A stretch of DNA of 64,000 nucleotides. Origin: Eledone cirrhosa (taxonomy: Eukaryota). Each line of letters starts with the position of its first letter. The first letter of the stretch is position 1. The notes beneath the pieces were generated by a model that did not search any database, was not told the DNA's origin, and saw nothing but the letters and a program-made list of their open reading frames with translations. Made by a program: the position numbers and the translations under genes. Shown piece after piece: positions 52,130 to 64,000 of this stretch. The DNA lies in assembly GCA_964016885.1 (NCBI GenBank), contig OZ024741.1, positions 305,040,001 to 305,104,000 on the forward strand, given 5' to 3'.

Positions 52130-52385
52130 ATTATAAAGTGGTACTGTTTGTGCTACAATAAACTGTAAAGTGGTAGTGCTGGTGTCATGTTAAAATGTAC
52201 CCAGTACACTCTGTAAAGTGATAGTGGCACCAGCACTACTACTTGACAGAGTGTGTGGGATGTATTTTAATGTGGAATCAGTACTGCCACTTTGCAGAGT
52301 ATACTGGGTGCATCTTATCATGGTGCCAGCATTACAACGTTAAAGAGTGTATAGGATGCATTTTATTGTGGCATCAGTACTAGAG
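52130..52385. repeat. Fold-back array of the ~46-bp RTE-UTR-related unit
   Basis: aaagtggtagtgctggtgtca...cccagtacactctgtaaagtg followed by three reverse-oriented units. Confidence 0.7.
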
Positions 52386-53919
52386 AGGTTGTCATGTGCT
52401 CAGCCAGACTGAAACCTACTGTCTACTATATATTGTCTCTGTTTAATTGTCAACCACTGTACAGATTCATTTTTTAAATCTAGTACAATGTAAGTTAGAA
52501 AGAAAGAGAGTAAAAATGGAAGTGGAGTAAAACAAAACAAAAGTTTACACTTTTTACCATATATTTTGTTCATATTTCAGTTTTTCCAAAAGAAAAAAAG
52601 GAAGTGGAGTGTGGGGATAACAACAGCTCTGTTTTAGCATTAACATTGACTGGCCATAGTTTATGTACCCATGATTAATTGGGTAGGGTGCAATCACCCA
52701 TGCATCTTAATCTTCCTTTTCCATGACATCAATGTTATCTAATGGAAAGGTGATGGCCAATACAATTTGGGACCAGTAAATGAAACTGACCATTTCATCA
52801 CCATTGTATATCCACTTCATATGCTGGCATGAGTTAAACAGGTTGTCATGATCCAAGACCAGACAGAGTTGACCAACCTCATCTTGCTCATGCATTCCAT
52901 GTTTGGCATGGTTTCTACAGCTTCATACTCTTCTTAAAACTAGCCACATTGCAGAGTGAACTGGGTGCATCTTTTAATAGTACCAGCACTATTACTTTAC
53001 AGAGTGGGGTGGAAGCAACACTAACAATTTACAGGTTGTACTGGGTACATTTTATCATGGTGCAAGCATTATCTCTATTTTTGAATGCCAGTAAATTTTA
53101 ACAGCTGAGTATACATCAATTTGCTTACACTCAATATTTCATACAGCGGGAGTTTTACCACTGTATAAATACAGTAAATATTTATTTATGAGAAAGTAAC
53201 AAAAACAAACAAACAAAAAACACTGTGATCTTCTGTGTTAGAAAACAGGAGCCCTAAGTGAGAGAGTTACATTCCAAAGAAATATAAAATATAACATTAA
53301 ATACTGACAAATACAGTTCCTAACCATCAACCTTATTATTGCCTCCCACCACCGCCACTAACACCACCACCATTACAGAGAAGAAAAAGACCGAGTCAAT
53401 TATCATCATATGTGATGAGGCCAATGGCATCAGTTAAAAAAATACACATCTCAAACAATGAGTCATTGTAAGCAAGTCTTAAGAAAAAACTAGACCACAT
53501 TCAGTTAAGTTACATGGCTTAGTGCTTAGTGGATTGAGTCCATGATCATAAGACTATGAGTTTGATTCCCTGTTGTTGTGTCCTTGAACAAGACACTTTA
53601 TTTCTCCAATCCTCTCAATTGGTTGCATTAGAAGTGACGACTCATTGCAGTAAAAATAGCACCCATTAGAAACGTTATGAAGTCAACTATCTCTGTCAAT
53701 ACTTCATCTTCTCAAGAAATTGGACAAACTTTTACTACTACTGCTACTGCTAATACAATTAAAAAGGAAAGGGAAGAGGCTCATAACTACTGATGGAGTC
53801 GTAAGGAGCTGCCCTAACACATGATGTGTCTTAGACATTTTAAACCTGGTGGAACCTATCAATTTAGAACATAGCTGATTTCTTCCAAGGAGAGATAAAG
53901 TGATGATAAAGAGAGATAA

Positions 53920-54811
53920 AGGAAGAATCAACCCCAGTATTGGACTGGTATTTTATTCAAGCTTGAAAAGAGGAAAGACAAAGTTGACTTTGGTAGGATT
54001 TGAACTCAGATCACAGTGAACAAGAACAAATACAGGGGTAATTTTAATCCGACACCTTAACAACTTAGTTAATTTGCTGCCTTCACAATTAAAAAGAAGA
54101 ATTAGAAAAAACCCAGAAACCAGTATTCTCTTTATTATATCAAATATATTCAGTGTGATTAACCTGCTGAGGTCAACTTTGCCTTTCATCATTCAGGGGT
54201 CAATAAAATAAAGTACCAGTCAAGTGCTGGGGTTCATTTAATCAACTTTGCCTTTCCCCAAAATTTGCTGACCTTGTGTCGAAATTATAAATCGATATAT
54301 TTGGAATCAAAGTTATCAACAGTAAGATTAATGAAGAAGACAGCTACTTCATATAAACTTTTAGAACTTTTAGAAGTGTTTTAGTATTTTGTTTGTTTAT
54401 TGTAGTTAAATGTGAAAGCATATGATACAATGGTTAGGTTTTGAGCTCAGTCATAAGGTTGTGACTTCAATTCCTTGACCAGGCAGCACATTGTGTCCTT
54501 GAGCAAGATCCTTTGTTTCACATTGCTCTAATCCTCACAGATGGTAAAAGTGAGTTGTGAAGACGCAGGTACCAAGCAGTGTTGGTCTTTGCCTTTTCCT
54601 TGGGCAACATTATATAGTGAGTATATAGAATATTTATATAATTGTTTCTAATTTTGGCACAAGGCCAGCAATTATCCCAGTGCATTACTGGTACCCCATA
54701 AGGATGAAAGGCAAAGTTAACCTCGGCGAGATTTGACCTGACCGTAAAGGGCCGTAACTCTATACTGCAAACCATGGCGTCCGACCCTCTACCGATACTG
54801 CCAATCCACCG
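53920..54811. mobile_element. SINE cluster (- 53920-54085, + 54165-54290, - 54640-54811)
   Basis: Core motifs match the 38069 SINE. Confidence 0.75.
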
Positions 54812-55189
54812 ACAAGAGCCATAATAATGACCATCATCATTAATGATTTTTACATTTTATCCCCCCCTCTACTTGTCCACATACACACACTGACTGACAT
54901 GACTTTAACTTAATGTGCAATAAAAGAAGAAGAATTAATTAATTTTGCTTAAAAGTCCAATTAGCTGGTTGAACATAACAATTAATTAAAGATTGAAACA
55001 AACACTAGTGCTGATGATGTCTTGGTTTGTTTGTTGTTGCTGTTTTTTTCTCTTTGGGAGAGGGATGTATTTTTGATCATCAATAAACTGAACATGTTTG
55101 TCAGAATTGTCAGTATTAATTGTAAAAAGGTGGAAGCAAGCATTGAAGTTGTCCCACTTTCTGCCAGAAGTTTTGGAAGATCTTATGTC

Positions 55190-57264
55190 TGAGTGTGAGG
55201 GGAACTCAAACTCGACCCAATAGAGGGACCAGCAGTGTTAGTCGAGGGGAGTATAATAAGTAAGGCAATCAAGGATATGAAGACGGGTAAGGCGGCTGGG
55301 CCTTCGGAAATAGTTGCTGAGATACTGAAGGCATCTGGCACGGTGGGACACACCATGGTCACCCGCATAGTTAACCAAGTCATACAGAATGGGGTTGTTC
55401 CGAAGGACTGGCATAGCAGCATCATCGTTAACTGTTATAAGGGTAAAGGAGACGCCCTAGATAGGAGTAACTATAGAGGCATTAAATTAATCGACCAATC
55501 ATGAAGGTCACGGAAAAAGTAATAGCGCAACTAATCAGAGAGAGAATTGACCTAGATGAAATGCAGTTCGGGTTTGTGTCAGGCAAAAGTACCACAGACG
55601 CTCTTTTCATAGTACGACAACTACAGGAGAAGTACCTAGCTAAAGGTAAACCCCTCTACTGAGCTTTTGTTGACTTGGAGAAAGCCTTCGACAGAGTCCC
55701 CCGTTCCATTATCTGGTGGGCTCTTAGAAAACTAGGCGTTGACGAATGGCTTGTGAGGGCTATACAAGCCATGTATAAAGAAACAGTCAGCAAGGTTAGA
55801 ATTAACAACGAATATAGTGAAGAGTTTAGCGTAAAAGTTGGCGTCCATCAGGGCTCTGTTCTCAGCCCCCTACTATTTATTATTGCCCTTCAGGCTATAA
55901 CAGAGGAGTTCAAGACCGGCTGCCCATGGGAACTCCTATACGCAGACGACCTGACACTCATAGCGGAATCAATGGCCGAGCTAGAGAAGAAATTCCAAAC
56001 ATGGAAGCACGGCCTAGAGTCAAAAGGACTTAAAATTAACCTGGCTAAGACTAAAGTTCTAGTTTGTAGGAAAGAAAACAAGGCGGCGGTCCCTTCTGGG
56101 AAATGGTCGTGCTCGGTGTGTAGGAAAGGCGTAGGTAGAAACTCCATTTTATGTCCTAAATGCAAAGTATGGGTGCATAAAAGATGTAGTGGGATCACAG
56201 GTAAGCTAACTAAGAACATAGATTTTACATGTGGCCGGTGTTCTGGTGCAATAAGTAGCAGCAAGTGCCCACAAAATACTAGCTCTTTCAATTGCGCAGA
56301 GGGTTCTATAGAAATAGTGGACAGCTTCCGTTACCTGGGCGATAAAATCAGCAGTGGGGGAGGGTGCTCTGAAAGTACAGTAGCTAGAGTCAGAACTGGT
56401 TGGAAAAAGTTCAGAGAGCTTATACCACTATTAGCTGCTAAAGGGTTCTCCCTAAAAATGAAAGGCAGGTTGTACGATGCCTGCATACGAACAGCAATGT
56501 TGCATGGCAGTGAGACCTGGGCATTGTGTGCAGAGGATATACGCAGACTAGAGAGGAACGAAGCTTGCATGCTCCGCTGGATGTGTAACAGTAACACACG
56601 TGAACGGCAAAGCATAAACGAACTAAGGAAAAAATTAGAGATAAGAGGGATCAGATGTTGTTTACTCGAGAGAAGGCTACGTTGGTACGGTCACGTGATG
56701 CGCATGAAAGTCGATAGCTGTATAACAAAGTGCAGGGCAATAAAGATAGACGGTAGCCACGGAATAGGCAGACCTAGAAAAACCTGGGACGAGCTGATAA
56801 ACTCCGACCTCACACACTTACACCTCTCCAAGACAATGTCACTGGACCGAGACCTTTGGCGGTACTCAGTAACAGAGAAGACCCGCCTTGCCAGTAGGCA
56901 TCTCTAACAAAATACACCCTGTCCCACCCCCACCACCCCCACCCCATCCACACCACCCCGTTCTATGTAAAGTTATGTTGGTGCCGCGCCATCGAGGCCG
57001 AAACAAATGAGATCGTGTAGGTGTCACGACAAAAAAACACACAGTCCACGCTGTAATGTGGCCGTGTAGGCAACACGGTAAAAACCTCCCAGACCCACAC
57101 TGTAAATGTGGTTGGTGTTAGGAAGGGCATCCAACTGTAGAAAACCTGCCAGACAGTCCTATGCGAGCAAGACAATCACTCTTGCCTCAAGTTGCACTAC
57201 CCCCGTCCAAACCCATGCAAGCGTGGAACACGGACGTTAAACGTTGATGATGATGATGATGATG

Positions 57265-57265
<1 letters not shown>
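55190..57265 (+). mobile_element. Young RTE LINE, 5'-truncated, nearly intact RT-PHD-C-terminus and 3' UTR
   Basis: I see only a 1-nt deletion near 55498 and one TGA at 55660; 410-codon open frame to 56907; (GAT)n tail. Confidence 0.96.
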
Positions 57266-57295
<30 letters not shown>

Positions 57296-59109
57296 TGGGG
57301 CGAAGGAGATAGAGAGAGAAAGAGGAATTGAGACAAAGACAGATTATGTTTCCATATATTATTACATGATGTATATTTATCTCCATTCAATATGAACAAG
57401 ATAATGAAACTATGTAGACCTAATTAAAATATGGAATGAATAGAAATGTGCATCACGTAGTAAAATATTGAAATTTAATCTCTTGTTTTTGTCTCAATCC
57501 TTGTATATTCATATGCCATGGATAACTTATTATAAGATGATTCACACCACTCTGAATTAGTGCTATCTACATTGAGTGCTAAGTGTTGCTTACACTTAGA
57601 TTTCATATATGTGAATTTAATTTCAATCTATACATTTGTTTACAGAGATTCTGAATTGCTGAGACATCTATCAGCATCCAAGGTACCAAATTGTCAGAGT
57701 TGTTAGAGCATTGAAAAAATGCTTTGTGGTATTTGTTCCAACTCTATACTCAATTTGATTGGCCTTTTATTCTTTTGGGATCAAAAAATAAATAAGTCCA
57801 GGGGCAGTGGATTGAAAGAATTGTTAAAACATTGCAATATCTCTTCTGACTGTGCATTCTGAGCTTAAATTCCACCCCTATTACCAAAAAGTCAGTGATG
57901 CTTCTGCCATAAATTACAACTGACAGTAAGGTATCAGCAATGGAAACAGTTTCCTTGGTCCAATTTGGAAAATCAACTAATTTCCTTTTCTTTTTACCTA
58001 CATCTGGTTTTCTTAGGCCAATTAAATAACAAGGTAAAATCCTGTCACAAACGTTTTCTAGAACAATAAGGAGTATATGTTTGGTTATGAACTACTTTTA
58101 TAGCTGTTATACCAGAAAAAGAACATTTGCAGTTCCATATCCTAGTATAAAGCCAAACTATATCATATCCATGTTCACTGCCTTGTATAACTTCACTGTG
58201 ACTCAACTACCTTTAAAACATAGCTCACTAATTTCAGCTCTATCTCTATAATTGTATATCTGCAGTACATCTCCCAACTGATTTGTCAGTCATTAGATAC
58301 AACATCCTCTTTGATTAACTGGATGGTGTATGTATCCAGTTTATAATAGGTACACCATATTTCTGCATGTTATGTGAAGGGAAAGAAGTGTTGGCACCAG
58401 AAAAGGCATCCTGCTGTAAACATTGTCTTCGAAAGGACCTCACGATGAGTGTGAAACCTGTCATATGGTCCACAAGGTCAGGAAAAAAATGGCCTTAAAA
58501 TACTCGTTGGCATTGTTGTTGTATCTTCATATAGTAATTTCAGTATCATAAAAAACAACTTTGACAGACTTAATTTTCTTCGCTTTACTCACCATGTTGA
58601 ATTTACCCTTTTTTCTAAGGTAATATACATATAAATTAGTTAATGAAAAATTTGGAGGGATTTGCTAAACGTATTAATTATTTCCTTACTAAGTTGATAT
58701 CATTTATCAAAAGATTCATATATAGAATTATGTCTGAAAGTTTTAATTTAAATGAAAATTCTTGAAAGTTTAATAGGGTGAAATGAAAGAGAAAAGGGGC
58801 AGGGGTGATTTCAGATAAAGTGAAAAGGTAGAGTGATGATGAGAATAGTTACTAAAGTGTAGTGAAGGGGTTGGATATGACCAAGCGAGAGGTCACATCT
58901 ACTACATGGTTGTGGCATAGTAAGGTAGGATAGAGTGGAAGATGGGGTGATGATAAAAGTAGTTACTAAAGTGCAATAGGGGAAGGGGGCATGAATGGGT
59001 TAGATGGAGGCAAAGTGCAGCAGATATCATCATCAATTTCCTTTACATTACCCTATTAGATACTACATCACTTATGGGTGGCATACTAGAGGTGTACTGA
59101 GCATCTTGC

Positions 59110-60930
59110 TTATATATCAGTATGAGTCTTCTCTAGTACAGCATGGGTCCTTGTCATCTCTGTTGTGAGGTTCAGTTTCTCAAGGTTGGTCTTCACTACC
59201 TTATCCCATCTCTTCTTAGGTCTACCTCTTTGACAAGTCTCAGTCACTGAGATTTCTTTCTAGCCTTGGCAGATTTTCAGCAGTTAAGGCCCATCTCTTG
59301 TTGCTCTAAGGAGTTTCCGGCCACCTCTTTTTGGTATATTGAGCAAGGCCATTTCCTGAGGGTATCAGATTCCTGTCTTCTTTTCTAGTTATTAAAATTT
59401 TAGTCTTTTCTGTGTTTATTTTTAGGCCTTCTGAATCTAAGTTTTGCTTCTATGTCTGGAATTTTGCCTCTAACTCTTCTATAGAATCAGCTATAAGAAC
59501 TAGGTCATCAGCATACAGGAGTTCCCACAGACAGACAGTCATAAATGTCCTTGTTATAGCCTATAGATCAATGCCCAAATTCATCACTGTACTCATCACC
59601 AAATTTCACCTAGCTCTATATATGACATGCCTGGCCATTACAAGGCATTCATCTACACTTAGTTCCCTTAATGGCCACCAGATTACATATATGTAATGTG
59701 AAAGACCCTGTCAAGGGCCTTTTCCAGATCCACAAATTCTAGGTACAGAGGCTTACTCTTAGCTTCTGTAGTTCCCTCACGAGGGCATCTGTAATGCTTC
59801 TATCTGACATAAAACCAAACAGCATCTCATCTAGCATAATTCTGTCCTTAATTATAACTTTCTCAGTAATATTTATGACCTAGCCCATCAACTTGATGCC
59901 TCTGACGTAGTTCCTCTTTCTAGTGTATCTCCTTTGCCCTTCTAGAAGTTCACGATGATACTGATGAACCAGTCAATCTTTTTAGCTTCTTGGCAACTAT
60001 ACTAGAAGGTCTATCAGTCTTCCCTAGCTTCATATCATCAATCACTTTGTCTACCATACTGTTGTCAATTTTGATGGCTGGTACTTCATGTGGGTCTACA
60101 TAGGGTAGGCCCTCACTGCCCCATTCATTTTCTTTATTCAACAATCTGTTGTAATAGGTCTTCCAACCATCTTTCTTCTTATTGGTAAGAAAGAGCAAGT
60201 GCACTGCTATCATTTCAAATGCACTTTTCCCTATCAGTGATAATTTTTTTAGCACACTGTTACACAATATAAAACACCTCATACCTTTGATCTTCATATC
60301 ACAGAACATGTACAAACTTCCTGCTAAGTATACTTGGTGCTTAACCTCTTTTCTAGCTATTAGGTATTAAACTGTTTACCCTATTTTCCCAGTCTTAGCT
60401 TCTATAGCTCCATTTATCCTATCATTCAACTACCATGTCATTTTCTTTGGATCAACCACAGACCTGGTCCATGGCTTTCAGCAGCTAGTCACGTAGAAAT
60501 TCCCAATTTTCTTCTATATTATAGGTCTCCATCACTTCTTTTCTGTCATAAGTGCCAATCTGGACTTCTCTGGATTTGTCACCAATTGAGTGCTCTTTCA
60601 ATTTTATTCTTTAATTCAGCTATTGTCTCTGAGTTCATCTAACCCTTACTCTAAGGCAGAGATTCTCAAACTTTTTGCGCCACTGCCCCCTTCACGGCCC
60701 CAAACCGTATTTCCAGAGAGACCTGCCTACATGCCAGCACCCCCTGGACACCCTTAATTCCCACTGTGGAGCAGTAGTGCCCACTTTGAGAATCTCTGTT
60801 CTAAGGTCACTGATAACTAATCTGTGTTGGAAGGTAGAGTGTTCACCAGGAAAGGACTTGGCATTTACAACTATTTGTCTGACATATTTCCTGGTGAAGG
60901 TAAAGTCTATCATTTCCTGGTACGGTTGAA
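59110..60930 (-). mobile_element. Old, internally deleted RTE LINE including the end of the APE domain
   Basis: IDF..R...VNAKSFPGE...QHRLVISDLR; WKTYYNRLLNKENEW; ELLYADDL; remnant PSGKWPCS. Confidence 0.85.
60657..60798. mobile_element. hAT MITE inserted in the RTE
   Basis: ctctaagg|cagagattctcaaa ... tttgagaatctctg|ttctaagg. Confidence 0.88.
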
Positions 60931-60950
60931 ATCCACACACATATGTATAC

Positions 60951-60981
<31 letters not shown>

Positions 60982-61564
60982 TTTTTCTAGTGTTAATTTA
61001 TAATTGATAACCCTCCCTCTTACTTTCTCTTTGATTTAAAAAATTTTTTCATTCTCATATATTGTTTCATTTTTATACATATATCGAGAATGACACTTCT
61101 TTTTACTATTACACTCCCTTCCCTCTTTATCTTCCGCATATAAGTGATCGCGCGTGTGTGTGTGTTTATACGCGTGCTTTCATACTCGTATGTGTATATA
61201 TTTAATACCTGTATCTGGATGTATGCTAACTATATTATCTTACAATTTCTTTTTCAACTCATATTATATACGTATTTGTGGTCACACATACACAAATATA
61301 CTTGCCCTCATATATGTACTTACACACACATGTACATTTGTGAGTGAATATACATACATATACACATACCCTAACTATATTTCCTTATTTTTTATATATC
61401 TCTTGCATTACTTTTATTTATATATTTTTTTTGCCCGTTAAACTCTTGCCTTTTTTGAGGAGATTTTTCAAATATTTCATTGTTTTACATCGTCATACTT
61501 ACTATTATTATTATTATTTTATTATAATATATATATATATATATACATATGTATATGTATATAT

Positions 61565-63034
61565 ATGGAGGAACTCACTAGATGTTGGATATATACCAGA
61601 AAACTTACTATCCCAGTCTGTTGTTCCAGTTTTCAAAAAGGGAAACAAATCCTTCGCCGTGAATTACTGTCCGGTCTCACTCACCTCTCATTTCATTAAG
61701 GTAAGGTATTTGAAGGGGTGGTGATATCACGAATAACTCACTTTCTCGAAAGCAACAATCTGCTGAATTCCAACCAACATGGATTCCGTAATGGAAGGGA
61801 TTGCCTAACGCAGCTACTGCATCACTTGGATGACATTTTGAGAGCTTTGGGAGACACTGATGTCATCTACCTTGATTTCAGCAAGGCCTTTGACAGGGTT
61901 GATCATAACATTCTACTGAGAAAACTATCCAACATTGGTGTCATTGGAAAGTTGCTTCAGTGGATCAAGTGTTTACTGTCAAACAGAGCCCAACATGTTG
62001 TAGTTAAAGGAGTAAAATTCAGCCCAGCTAAAGTCAGTAGTGGTGTCCCACAAGGCACTGTGCTAGGCCCACTTCTTTTCATTATCTATGTTAATGACAT
62101 TACTGACATCATCAAGCACAGCAGCATAAGAATCTTTGCAGATGATTCCAAGCTCCAGAAGGTCATCAATGGTGTGGGTGGCCGGACATGCCTCCAATCA
62201 GATCTACTGGCTGTTATCCAATGGGCGGAAAAGAACAATATGCTGCTGAATGAGGATAAATTTGAGTTAACCTACTTTGGAAAAGAAGATGCCCTGAAAA
62301 TCGCATACTCGCTTCCTTCAGGTGAAACTCTTGTGGCATCCAACAACATCAGAGACTTGGGAGTAATTGTGGACAACAACATAAGCTGGGCCACTCATAT
62401 AAACAGCAGAATGTGTTCCTGGATTCTCAGAATTTTCCAGTCAAGAGATATCCACACTATTATCCTTCTCTTCTCCACTTTTGCCTGACCCCACCTCAAA
62501 TACTGTTGTCTACTGTGGTCTCCCCTCAAAAAATAAAGTATCATGAAAATTGAAGCTCCTCAAAGGTCAATCACGAAAAAGATAGATGGCATGTCAGGCC
62601 TTGACTATTGGGGTCGATTAGAAAAATTCAAACTTTATTCTCTTCAACGCCACCTTGAGCGCTACATTATATGCATAATGTGGAAAATATTCCATCTGCA
62701 TTACCCAAATGATATTGTGCTATCTGCCCACAACAAAAATCAAACTCTCATCTCATAACAACAATACGGCACAATTATTTCACCTCAATTGGACCCGCTC
62801 TCTTTAACATTACATTAAAACAGAAACAGACCCCAAAAAGTTCAAGAAGTCTTTGGACAAATTCCTTCAAGAAATCCTGGGTAAACCTCCTACACCCAAA
62901 TATGTCTTTGCAAACAATAGCTCCCTACTTGAGTGGGCCATGCTGTCCAAATCCTGATTTGAAAGAGTTCGCCAGGTGGTGCTATTAAGTTAGACATGGC
63001 CTGGGCCAATACTGGCTGAAAGTTATCAAAGTTT
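61565..63034 (+). mobile_element. CR1/Jockey-group LINE, 5'-truncated, degenerate
   Basis: VPVFKKG..NYCPVSLTS, NQHGFR, YLDFSKAFDRVDH, SGVPQGTVLGPLLF, FADD, RDLGV, LYSLQR; tail aaagtt. Confidence 0.92.
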
Positions 63035-63293
63035 TATATATATATATATATAAAAAATGAAATTTCCTTTCTCACTCTTAGTACGGCTGATACCTAAATA
63101 TAAGTATGTATACGTACATTCATATATGTATACAGACGTACAGTAGTATGTATATACATACATGCACACATATATATATATGTACGTATGGGTTTACCGA
63201 ACATTTATTATAATGCTCGGTTTGTTTGTAAACAAACAGCCCGAATTATTAGCCGTATAGTGTTCAGCAACCATCGTTGCCATTTTGTTCAAC

Positions 63294-63364
63294 ACTGACA
63301 AAGGAACGATGAACTAGTTTCTAGCTTATTAGCTGTCATCAGCACTGTATACCTTCCTGTCAGT
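63294..63364 (-). ncRNA. Type I hammerhead ribozyme motif
   Basis: Reverse complement of the 63770-63840 motif with an identical core. Confidence 0.7.
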
Positions 63365-63769
63365 TGATAGAACATTTGAAAGTATATACTTTCCTTATGC
63401 ATATTAACGGCTGAGTAGCCTAATTTGCACATCGAGTGAGTTAGTCGGCCGGGCGTACCGAAAACGATAAATGGAAAAAATGAAATTTCATTTCTCACTC
63501 TTAGTACGGCTGATACCTAAATATAAGTATGTATACGTACATACATATATGTATACAGACGTACAGTAGTATGTATATACATACATATATGTACGTATGG
63601 GTTTACCGAACATTTATTATAATGCTCGGTTTGTTGGTAAACAAACAGCCCGAATTATTAGCCGTACAGTATTCGGTACGCCCCGCTGACTAACTCACTC
63701 GATATGCAAATTAAGCTACTCAGCCGTTAATATGCATAAGGAAAGTATATACTTTCAAACGTTCAATCA

Positions 63770-63840
63770 ACTGACAGGAAGATATACAGTGCTGATGACA
63801 GCTAATAAGCTAGAAACTAGTTCATCGTTCCTTTGTCAGT
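63770..63840 (+). ncRNA. Type I hammerhead ribozyme motif
   Basis: GUG-CUGAUGA-c-AGCU(aaua)AGCU-a-GAAA-CUAG-UU-CAU; distal stem I ACUGACA/UGUCAGU and GGAA/UUCC. Confidence 0.7.
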
Positions 63841-64000
63841 GTTGAACAAAATGGCAACGATGGTTGCCGAACACTGTACGGCTAATAATTCGGGCTGTTT
63901 GTTTACAAACAAACCGAGCATTATAATAAATGTTCGGTAAACCCATACGTACATATATATATGTATGTATGTATATACATACTACTGTACGTCTGTATAC

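Larger units (their letters stand above)
63052..64000. repeat. Non-coding 423-bp unit in tandem (about 1.5 copies) plus an inverted copy; retrozyme or Penelope pLTR-like
   Basis: Unit 1 63052-63474, partial unit 2 63475-63670, inverted copy from 63672 to the window end. Confidence 0.92.

Overview
AT-rich, microsatellite-dense animal genomic DNA with one 200-N gap (38682-38881). The repeat content looks like an octopus or other coleoid cephalopod (inference). Almost all listed ORFs are simple-repeat or transposon artefacts. I can support two host exons. One is a + strand 164-bp internal exon (27030-27193), absent from the ORF track, that translates to an IFT80-like segment. The other is a - strand terminal exon (8238-8456) encoding the C-terminal half of a PH domain ending in a CaaX box (CVLQ). 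The two genes therefore appear nested or interleaved. The rest is mobile DNA: many RTE-clade LINE copies whose RT carries an inserted C4HC3 PHD finger, an R4/Dong-like LINE in a (TAA)n site, CR1-group and L1/Tx1 fragments, Penelope-like elements, a tRNA-derived SINE family (about 20 copies), Helitrons and hAT, Tc1-mariner and TTAA MITEs. The most notable non-coding signals are type I hammerhead ribozymes, one in a Penelope tail (36509-36579) and two in a tandem-plus-inverted 423-bp non-coding repeat (63052-64000, retrozyme or pLTR-like), and a cluster of near-perfect fold-backs at 1457-2105.
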